Program-made: the position numbers and the translations under genes | The notes under the pieces: model-generated | The model's database searches: none | What the model was told of the DNA's origin: nothing | Seen by the model: the letters and a program-made list of their open reading frames with translations, nothing else | Part shown: one piece after another, positions 16,333 to 23,224 of the stretch | How the letters are laid out: every line of letters begins with the position of its first letter | Position numbering within the stretch: the stretch's first letter is position 1 | IMG/VR virus record: IMGVR_UViG_2537561562_000009 | DNA: 23,224 nucleotides | Strand: one strand, 5' to 3' | Source: a virus | Lineage: Duplodnaviria; Heunggongvirae; Uroviricota; Caudoviricetes

Positions 16333-17361
16333 ATGGGATTGTTTACGACCCGCCAGTTACTCGGTTATACCGAACAAAAAGTTAAATTCCGTGCGCTGTT
16401 TCTGGAGCTGTTTTTCCGCCGTACGGTGAATTTCCACACCGAAGAGGTGATGCTGGACAAAATTACCGGAAAAACGCCGGTGGCGGCCTATGTCTCCCCG
16501 ATCGTTGAAGGAAAAGTGCTGCGCCATCGTGGTGGTGAAACCCGCGTGTTGCGTCCGGGCTACGTCAAGCCGAAACACGAATTTAATTACCAGCAGGCGG
16601 TTGAGCGCCTTCCTGGTGAAGATCCGGCTCAGCTGAACGACCCGGCCTACCGTCGTCTGCGTATCATTACCGATAACCTCAAACAGGAAGAGCACGCCAT
16701 TGTCCAGGTGGAAGAAATGCAGGCGGTGAATGCCGTGCTGTATGGCAAATACACCATGGAAGGGGATCAGTTTGATACTGTCGAGGTGGATTTCGGGCGC
16801 TCTGAAGGAAATAACATTGAGCAGGCTGACGGTAAAAAATGGTCTGAGCAGGACCGTGATACGTTTGATCCGACGCATGATATTGACCTCTACTGCGATC
16901 AGGCCAGCGGCCTTGTGAATATCGCCATTATGGACGGTACGGTCTGGCGTCTGCTGAATGGCTTTAAGCTGTTCCGCGAAAAACTGGATACCCGTCGCGG
17001 CTCAAATTCACAACTCGAAACGGCAGTGAAAGATCTGGGCGCAGTGGTGTCCTTCAAGGGGTATTACGGCGATCTGGCCATTGTGGTGGCGAAAACGTCT
17101 TATGTGGCAGAGGACGGTACCGAAAAACGTTATCTGCCGGAGGGCATGCTGGTGCTGGGGAATACGGCGGCAGAGGGGATTCGTTGCTATGGTGCCATTA
17201 AGGATGCACAGGCGTTGTCTGAAGGAGTGGTGGCTTCTTCCCGTTACCCGAAACACTGGCTGACCGTGGGCGATCCGTCCTGTGAATTCACCATGACGCA
17301 GTCCGCTCCGCTGATGGTGCTGCCGGATCCGGATGAGTTTGTGGTGGTACAGGTGAAATAA
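16333..17361 (+). CDS. E: Major capsid protein gpE
   Basis: 342 aa; extensive lambda-E-like sequence (YVSPIV, PGYVKPKHE, VEEMQAVNAVLYGKYTM, KLDTRRGSNS, SAPLMVLPDPDEFVVVQ). Confidence 0.9.
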   Translation: MGLFTTRQLLGYTEQKVKFRALFLELFFRRTVNFHTEEVMLDKITGKTPVAAYVSPIVEGKVLRHRGGETRVLRPGYVKPKHEFNYQQAVERLPGEDPAQLNDPAYRRLRIITDNLKQEEHAIVQVEEMQAVNAVLYGKYTMEGDQFDTVEVDFGRSEGNNIEQADGKKWSEQDRDTFDPTHDIDLYCDQASGLVNIAIMDGTVWRLLNGFKLFREKLDTRRGSNSQLETAVKDLGAVVSFKGYYGDLAIVVAKTSYVAEDGTEKRYLPEGMLVLGNTAAEGIRCYGAIKDAQALSEGVVASSRYPKHWLTVGDPSCEFTMTQSAPLMVLPDPDEFVVVQVK

Positions 17362-17412
17362 TCCGTGAGCGGGGGCGAAATGCCCCCGTGTCTTTTTTCA
17401 CAGGAGGCTGAG

Positions 17413-17796
17413 ATGGCAACAAAAGAAGAAAATCTGAATCGTCTTCGTCAACTGGCTGGCCTGCTGGGGCGCGAGGCGGATATGTCGGGGAGTGCTGCGG
17501 ATATTGCTCAACGTGTGTCTGAGTGGGAAGAGGAGCTTGCTGTTTCCCCGGAGGGCATTATGCACTCTGATGAGAGCGGGGCTGATCAAAATCACACAGA
17601 CGATGGTGAGCAGTTGAACAACACGGATGCTCCGGATGATGTTAAAGCCGTCCGGGTACGGAAGTGCCTGCAAGTAATGGGGTATTGCCCGGAGACAGGT
17701 CGTCCCGTTGAGCTGGCGTTACGGGGTATGCGTGTTCTGGTGCCATCATCACTGGCAACGGCCATGATACAGCACGGAACGGCTGAATATGCGTGA
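17413..17796 (+). CDS. FI: DNA packaging protein FI-like
   Basis: AGGAGG precedes ATG 17413; acidic protein at the lambda FI position between E and FII. Sequence resemblance to lambda FI is weak; the call is positional. Confidence 0.6.
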   Translation: MATKEENLNRLRQLAGLLGREADMSGSAADIAQRVSEWEEELAVSPEGIMHSDESGADQNHTDDGEQLNNTDAPDDVKAVRVRKCLQVMGYCPETGRPVELALRGMRVLVPSSLATAMIQHGTAEYA

Positions 17797-18142
17797 TTTT
17801 CAGAATGCCTTTGATGCTGCCCTCGCCGGGGTAGACAGTACGATCGTTGAAGTGATGGGGCTCTGTGCGCAGTTCACCTCGGGGGCACAGTGTGGCAGCG
17901 AAGTTCAGGGGGTTTTTGACGATCCGGAGTCGCTGGGGTTTGCCGGTGGCGGGGTCCGTATTGAAGGAAGCAGCCCGTCATTATTTGTGCGGACGGATAC
18001 GGTTCGTGCCGTGCGGCGTGGTGACACGCTGACCATTAATGGTGAGATATTCTGGGTGGATCGTGTTTCTCCGGATGACGGGGGCAGCTGTTATCTCTGG
18101 CTCAACCGTGGTCAACCACCCGCAGTTAACCGGCGACGATAA
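17789..18142 (+). CDS. FII: Head-tail connector FII
   Basis: 117 aa; GVFDDPE...GSSPSLFVRTD...RRGDTLTI...FWVDRVSPDDGGSC.LWL.RG.PPAVNRRR matches lambda FII as remembered. Confidence 0.9.
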   Translation: MRDFQNAFDAALAGVDSTIVEVMGLCAQFTSGAQCGSEVQGVFDDPESLGFAGGGVRIEGSSPSLFVRTDTVRAVRRGDTLTINGEIFWVDRVSPDDGGSCYLWLNRGQPPAVNRRR

Positions 18143-18157
18143 ACGCAGGGTGAAATT

Positions 18158-18691
18158 ATGGCGATAAAAGGGCTTGATCAGGCGATTGACAATCTGAGCC
18201 GGGTTCGTAAAAACGCCATTCCGGCGGCTTCAGCAATGGCCATTAACCGCGTGGCCACAACGGCGATTAATCAGTCTTCATCACAGGTTGCCCGGGAGAC
18301 AAAGGTTCGCCGGAAACTGGTTAAGGAACGGTCCAGACTGAAACGGGCGACGGTCAGAAATCCGAATGCCAGAATTATCGTTAACCGCGGTGATCTCCCT
18401 GTGATTAAGCTGGGGATCAGGATGCTGGGGCGTCGCCCGAACAGCATACTTAAAGCCGGTCAGCATCGGTATCAGCGGGCATTTATTCAGCGATTAAAAA
18501 ATGGTCGCTGGCATGTCATGCAGCGTGTGGCCGGGAAAAACCGTTACCCCATTGATGTGGTGAAAATCCCGATGGCGGCCCCACTGAAACAGGCATTTGA
18601 TGAGAATGTTGACCGTATCCGGCGTGAACGCCTGCCTAAAGAACTGGCATACGCGCTGAAACAACAACTGAGGATTGCAATAAAACGATGA
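18158..18691 (+). CDS. Z: Minor tail protein gpZ
   Basis: 177 aa; MAIKGL.QA..NLSR...A.P.A.AMAINRVA...QVARETKVRRKLVKER.RLKRATV matches lambda gpZ as remembered. Confidence 0.9.
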   Translation: MAIKGLDQAIDNLSRVRKNAIPAASAMAINRVATTAINQSSSQVARETKVRRKLVKERSRLKRATVRNPNARIIVNRGDLPVIKLGIRMLGRRPNSILKAGQHRYQRAFIQRLKNGRWHVMQRVAGKNRYPIDVVKIPMAAPLKQAFDENVDRIRRERLPKELAYALKQQLRIAIKR

Positions 18692-19083
18692 AACACACTG
18701 ACATTCGTGCCGCAGTGCTGGATGCACTCGAGCAGCATGAACACGGGGCGACGCTGTTTGATGGTCGCCCCGTTGTTTTTGACGAAGAGGATTTTCCTGC
18801 GATCGCGGTTTATCTGACGGATGCAGAGTATACCGGTGAAGAGCTGGATGCAGATACCTGGCGGGCCACGCTGCATATTGAGGTGTTTTTACCGGCACAG
18901 GTACCGGATTCAGAGCTTGATCAGTGGATGGAAAGCCGGATTTACCCGGCGATGACCGCGATCCCGGCACTGGCAGGACTGATTACCACGATGGTTACGC
19001 AGGGCTATGAGTATCGTCGTGATGACGATATGGCGTTATGGAGTTCTGCAGATCTGACTTATTCCATTACATACGAGATGTGA
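18688..19083 (+). CDS. U: Tail terminator gpU
   Basis: 131 aa; [45 protein letters not shown] matches lambda gpU as remembered; start overlaps the Z stop. Confidence 0.9.
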   Translation: MKHTDIRAAVLDALEQHEHGATLFDGRPVVFDEEDFPAIAVYLTDAEYTGEELDADTWRATLHIEVFLPAQVPDSELDQWMESRIYPAMTAIPALAGLITTMVTQGYEYRRDDDMALWSSADLTYSITYEM

Positions 19084-19090
19084 GGACGAT

Positions 19091-19843
19091 ATGGCAACAC
19101 CAAATCCCCTTGAGCCGGTAAAAGGTGCCGGTACCACTCTGTGGGTTTACAACGGCAAGGGTGATGCTTATGCAAACCCGTTGTCAGACGATGACTGGCA
19201 GCGACTGGCTAAGGTGAAGGATCTGACGCCGGGCGAGATGACGGCAGAATCCTACGATGATAACTACCTGGATGATGAAGACGCGGACTGGACCGCGACC
19301 GGGCAGGGGCAGAAATCTGCAGGTGATACCAGTTTTACGCTGGCCTGGAAACCGGGAGAGGAAGGCCAGAAAGGGCTTATAGGCTGGTTTGAAAGCGGCG
19401 ATGTCCGGGCCTATAAAATCCGTTTTCCGAATGGCACGGTGGATGTGTTTCGTGGCTGGGTCAGCAGTATCGGTAAGGCCGTGACGGCGAAAGAAGTGAT
19501 CACCCGCACGGTGAAAGTCACTAACGTGGGTAAACCTTCTGTAGCGGAAGAACGCAGCAAAATTACGCCGGTCAGTGCGATTAAGGTGACGCCGACATCC
19601 GGTACGGTGGCAAAAGGGAAAACAACCACCCTGACGGTTTCTTTTGAGCCGGAAAGTGCAACCGACAAGACGTTCAGAGCGGTTTCCGCCGATCCGTCGA
19701 AAGCCACCATTAGTGTGAAAGATATGACAATTACGGTAAACGGCGTGGCGACAGGTAAGGTGCAGATCCCTGTGGTGAGCGGAAATGGTCAGTTCGCCGC
19801 AGTGGCTGAAGTCACCGTTACTGAAGCGGGCGCTGCAGGGTAA
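19091..19843 (+). CDS. V: Major tail tube protein gpV with C-terminal Ig-like domain
   Basis: 250 aa; [70 protein letters not shown] nearly lambda-V-like. Confidence 0.9.
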   Translation: MATPNPLEPVKGAGTTLWVYNGKGDAYANPLSDDDWQRLAKVKDLTPGEMTAESYDDNYLDDEDADWTATGQGQKSAGDTSFTLAWKPGEEGQKGLIGWFESGDVRAYKIRFPNGTVDVFRGWVSSIGKAVTAKEVITRTVKVTNVGKPSVAEERSKITPVSAIKVTPTSGTVAKGKTTTLTVSFEPESATDKTFRAVSADPSKATISVKDMTITVNGVATGKVQIPVVSGNGQFAAVAEVTVTEAGAAG

Positions 19844-19856
19844 ACGGAGGTAATAC

Positions 19857-20288
19857 ATGTTTCTGAAAACAGAACAATTTGAATATAACGGTGTGTCTGT
19901 CACGCTTTCCGAATTGTCTGCGCTGCAGCGTATCGAGCATCTTGCCCTCCTGAAACGGCGTGCAGAACAGGCAGAATCCTGCGGCAACCTGCAGGTAAGC
20001 GTGGAAGATCTCGTCAGAACCGGCGCGTTTCTGGTGGCGATGTCCCTGTGGCATAACCATCCACAGAAAACGCAGTCACCGTCAATGAATGAGGCCGTGA
20101 TGAAGATAGAGCAGGAAGTGCTCACCACCTGGCCTGCCGATGCCATTGCCCGGGCGGAAGACGTGGTGTTGTGCCTGTCCGGGATGATCGAAGCTGTTCG
20201 TCCGGATACTGATATTACTGAAGTGGCGAAAAATAACACGCTGACTGATGATGATTTTTCTGCGGGAAAGTCTTCGACGGCGAGCTGA
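19857..20288 (+). CDS. G: Tail assembly chaperone gpG
   Basis: 143 aa; MFLKTE.FE.NGV.VTLSELSALQRIEHLAL.KR.AEQAES matches lambda gpG; slippery heptamer near the 3' end. Confidence 0.9.
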   Translation: MFLKTEQFEYNGVSVTLSELSALQRIEHLALLKRRAEQAESCGNLQVSVEDLVRTGAFLVAMSLWHNHPQKTQSPSMNEAVMKIEQEVLTTWPADAIARAEDVVLCLSGMIEAVRPDTDITEVAKNNTLTDDDFSAGKSSTAS

Positions 20289-20728
20289 ACTTTGCCCTCA
20301 GACTGGCGCGTGAGATGGGGAGACCCGACTGGCGCGCCATGCTTGCCGGGATGACATCCACCGAATATGCCGACTGGCACCGTTTTTACCGCACGCATTA
20401 TTTTCAGGATACCCAGCTGGATATGCATTTTTCCGGGCTGACGTACGCTGTACTCAGCCTGTTTTTTTGCGATCCGGATATGCATCCCTCTGATTTCAGT
20501 CTGCTTGTCCCCCGGCATGAGGAAGAGCAGGTGGAGAGGCCGGATGAGGACAAAATGCTGATGCAGAAAGCGGCAGGACTTGCCGGAGGCGTCCGGTTCG
20601 GTGGGGACGGAGGGCGCGATATTTTATCGTCTGCGGATGTGGCGGATGTCATGGTGGATGATGCCGCATTAATGATGGCTTCAGCGGGGATTCCGGGAGG
20701 TGTGAGATATGTCCCAGCCGGTTGGTGA
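19857..20728 (+). CDS. T: Tail assembly chaperone gpGT, product of programmed -1 frameshift at GGGAAAG (20264-20270)
   Basis: Slippery heptamer G GGA AAG sits in the G zero frame; the -1 frame (track ORF 20315-20728) is open through to a stop at 20726-20728 and encodes a T-like extension, exactly as in lambda G/GT. Confidence 0.8.
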
Positions 20729-23224
20729 TCTTGTTATTGACCTGAGTCTGGATGCTGTCCGTTTCGATGAGCAGATGAGCCGGGTAAGGCGTCATTTTTC
20801 AGGTCTGGATACCGACGCCAGAAAAACCGCCAGTGCTGTTGAACAGGGCCTGAGCCGCCAGGCGCTGGCTGCACAAAAAGCCGGGATTTCCGTCGGGCAG
20901 TATAAAGCGGCCATGCGAACCCTGCCCGCACAGTTTACGGATATCGCCACGCAGCTTGCCGGTGGTCAGAATCCCTGGTTGATCCTGCTGCAACAGGGCG
21001 GTCAGGTGAAGGACTCCTTCGGCGGGATGATCCCCATGTTCAGGGGGCTTGCCGGTGCGATCACCCTGCCGATGGTCGGGGTCACCTCGCTGGCGGTGGC
21101 GACAGGTGCGCTGGCGTACGCCTGGTACCAGGGCGACGCCACGCTTTCAGAATTTAATAAAACGCTGGTCCTTTCCGGCAATCAGGCCGGACTGACTGCC
21201 GATCGTATGCTGACGCTCTCAAGAGCCGGGCAGGCAGCAGGGCTGACGTTTAACCAGGCGAGAGAGTCACTGGCAGCCCTGGTGAATGCCGGTGTGCGTG
21301 GTGGTGAACAGTTTGATGCCATCAACCAGAGTGTCGCGCGTTTTGCGTCTGCATCCGGTGTGGAGGTGGATAAAGTCGCTGAAGCCTTCGGGAAGCTGAC
21401 CACTGACCCGACGTCGGGACTGATGGCGATGGCGCGCCAGTTCCGTAACGTGACGGCAGAGCAGATTGCGTATGTTGCACAGCTGCAGCGTTCCGGAGAC
21501 GAGGCCGGGGCATTGCAGGCGGCGAACGATATCGCCACGAAAGGCTTTGATGAGCAGACCCGTCGCCTGAAAGAAAACATGGGAACACTGGAGACCTGGG
21601 CGGATAAAACAGGGAAGGCATTCAAATCGATGTGGGATGCCATTCTGGATATCGGTCGTCCGGAATCCTCAGCGGATATGCTCGCCAGTGCGCAGAAGGC
21701 ATTTGATGAGGCGGATAAAAAATGGCAGTGGTACCAGAGCCGGAGCCAGCGCCGGGGAAAGACCTCCTCTTTTCGTGCGAACCTTCAGGGGGCATGGGAT
21801 GACCGGGAAAATGCCCGTCTGGGTCTGGTAGCGGCCACGCTGCAGTCGGATATGGAAAAAGCCGGTGAACTGGCGGCAAGGGACAGGGCTGAGCGTGAGT
21901 CGTCACAGCTGAAGTATACCGGAGAGGCGCAGAAGGCGTATGAGCGCCTGCAGACGCCGCTGGATAAATATACCGCCCGTCAGAAAGAGCTGAATAAGGC
22001 CCTGAAAGACGGAAAAATCCTGCAGGCGGATTACAACACGCTGATGGCGTCGGCAAAAAAGGATTATGAATCGACGCTGAAAAAGCCGTCAGGTGTGAAG
22101 GTGTCTGCCGGTGAGCGCCAGGAAGACCGGGCGCATGCAGCCCTGCTGGCGCTTGAAACCGAGCTCAGGACGCTGGAAAAACACAGCGGTGTGAATGAGA
22201 AAATCAGCCAGCAGCGCCGGGATTTATGGGAAGCGGAAAGTCAGTATGTGGTCCTGAAAGAGGCCGCCACGAAACGGCAGTTATCTGAGCAGGAAAAATC
22301 CCTGCTGGCTCATGAGAAAGAGACGCTGGAGTACAAACGCCAGCTGGCTGAGCTGGGAGACAAGATTGAACACCAGAAGCGGCTGAATGAGCTGGCACAG
22401 CAGGCGGCGCGGTTTGAACAGCAGCAAAGCGCGAAGCAGGCGGCAATCAGCGCAAAAGCCCGCGGCCTCACCGACCGTCAGGCGCAGCGGGAGTCGGAAG
22501 AGCAGCGCCTTCGTGAGGTGTACGGTGATAATCCGGCTGCGCTGGCGAAGGCCACATCGGCACTGAAGAACACCTGGTCTGCGGAGGAGCAGCTTCGTGG
22601 AAGCTGGATGGCCGGGATGAAGTCCGGCTGGGGAGAGTGGGCGGAAAGTGCGACGGACAGTTTTTCGCAGGTTAAAAGTGTGGCCACGCAGACCTTTGAC
22701 GGTATTGCACAGAATATGGCGGCGATGCTGACCGGCAGCGAACAGAACTGGCGGGGATTCACTCGTTCCGTGCTGTCCATGATGACAGAAATTCTGCTTA
22801 AGCAGGCAATGGTGGGGATTGTCGGGAGTATCGGCAGCGCCATTGGCGGGGCTGTTGGTGGCGGCGCATCCGCGTCAGGCGGTACAGCCATTCAGGCCGC
22901 TGCGGCGAAATTCCATTTTGCAACCGGAGGATTTACGGGAACCGGCGGCAAATATGAGCCAGCGGGGATTGTTCACCGTGGTGAATTTGTCTTCACAAAG
23001 GAGGCAACCAGCCGGATTGGCGTGGGGAATCTCTATCGGCTGATGCGCGGCTATGCCACCGGTGGTTATGTCGGTACACCGGGCAGTCTGGCTGACAGCC
23101 GGTCTCAGGCGTCCGGGACGTTTGAGCAGAATAACCATGTGGTGATTAACAACGACGGCACGAACGGGCAGATAGGTCCGGCTGCCCTGAAGGTGGTTTA
23201 TGACCTTGGGAAAAAAGCGGCAGC
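20709..23224 (+). CDS. H: Tail tape measure protein gpH, 3' partial (runs off window end)
   Basis: ATG at 20709; frame open to the window end (not listed in the track because no stop is reached). Hand translation MSQPVGDLVIDLSLDAVRFDEQMSRVRRHFSG... is highly similar to lambda gpH across the window. Confidence 0.9.
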   Translation, partial: MSQPVGDLVIDLSLDAVRFDEQMSRVRRHFSGLDTDARKTASAVEQGLSRQALAAQKAGISVGQYKAAMRTLPAQFTDIATQLAGGQNPWLILLQQGGQVKDSFGGMIPMFRGLAGAITLPMVGVTSLAVATGALAYAWYQGDATLSEFNKTLVLSGNQAGLTADRMLTLSRAGQAAGLTFNQARESLAALVNAGVRGGEQFDAINQSVARFASASGVEVDKVAEAFGKLTTDPTSGLMAMARQFRNVTAEQIAYVAQLQRSGDEAGALQAANDIATKGFDEQTRRLKENMGTLETWADKTGKAFKSMWDAILDIGRPESSADMLASAQKAFDEADKKWQWYQSRSQRRGKTSSFRANLQGAWDDRENARLGLVAATLQSDMEKAGELAARDRAERESSQLKYTGEAQKAYERLQTPLDKYTARQKELNKALKDGKILQADYNTLMASAKKDYESTLKKPSGVKVSAGERQEDRAHAALLALETELRTLEKHSGVNEKISQQRRDLWEAESQYVVLKEAATKRQLSEQEKSLLAHEKETLEYKRQLAELGDKIEHQKRLNELAQQAARFEQQQSAKQAAISAKARGLTDRQAQRESEEQRLREVYGDNPAALAKATSALKNTWSAEEQLRGSWMAGMKSGWGEWAESATDSFSQVKSVATQTFDGIAQNMAAMLTGSEQNWRGFTRSVLSMMTEILLKQAMVGIVGSIGSAIGGAVGGGASASGGTAIQAAAAKFHFATGGFTGTGGKYEPAGIVHRGEFVFTKEATSRIGVGNLYRLMRGYATGGYVGTPGSLADSRSQASGTFEQNNHVVINNDGTNGQIGPAALKVVYDLGKKAA

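Noticed and set aside
19184-20518. 444-aa minus-strand ORF
   Set aside because: Lies antisense to the well-supported V, G and T genes and is Arg/Cys/Ser-rich, typical of an antisense artefact; no Shine-Dalgarno context examined that would rescue it.
21182-22891. Several minus-strand ORFs of 80-153 aa
   Set aside because: All lie inside the tape measure gene H, whose + strand translation is lambda-like across the window; Pro/Ala/Ser-rich antisense artefacts.
1-23224. CRISPR array, insertion sequence or integron features
   Set aside because: No regularly spaced direct repeats, no terminal inverted repeats flanking a transposase-like ORF, and no integrase or attC-like structure were seen.

Overview
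This window is a contiguous slice of a lambda-like (lambdoid, cos-packaging) prophage of an enterobacterial host, with nearly all recognisable genes on the + strand. Calls rest on reading the supplied ORF translations against remembered lambda and lambdoid proteins; no searches were run. Order: a 5'-truncated DUF968-like zinc-finger protein, rusA, a Q-like late antiterminator, a PR'/tR'-like promoter-terminator module, a small winged-helix ORF, an orphan beta-class DNA methyltransferase, two tRNAs (anticodons CAT and TCT), an AT-rich cargo island with no recognisable homologs (4010-5500) sitting where stx lies in Stx phages, a NanS-p-like esterase, a pinholin/SAR-endolysin/Rz/Rz1 lysis cassette carrying extra embedded ORFs, a lambda-like cos site, then lambda-like head and tail genes (Nu1, A, W, B, C/Nu3, D, E, FI, FII, Z, U, V, G/GT, H partial). 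The best candidates for undescribed biology are the cargo island and the extra ORFs inside the lysis cassette (a convergent overlapping pair between holin and endolysin, and a small membrane protein before Rz). Minus-strand ORFs lying inside the structural genes are treated as antisense artefacts.
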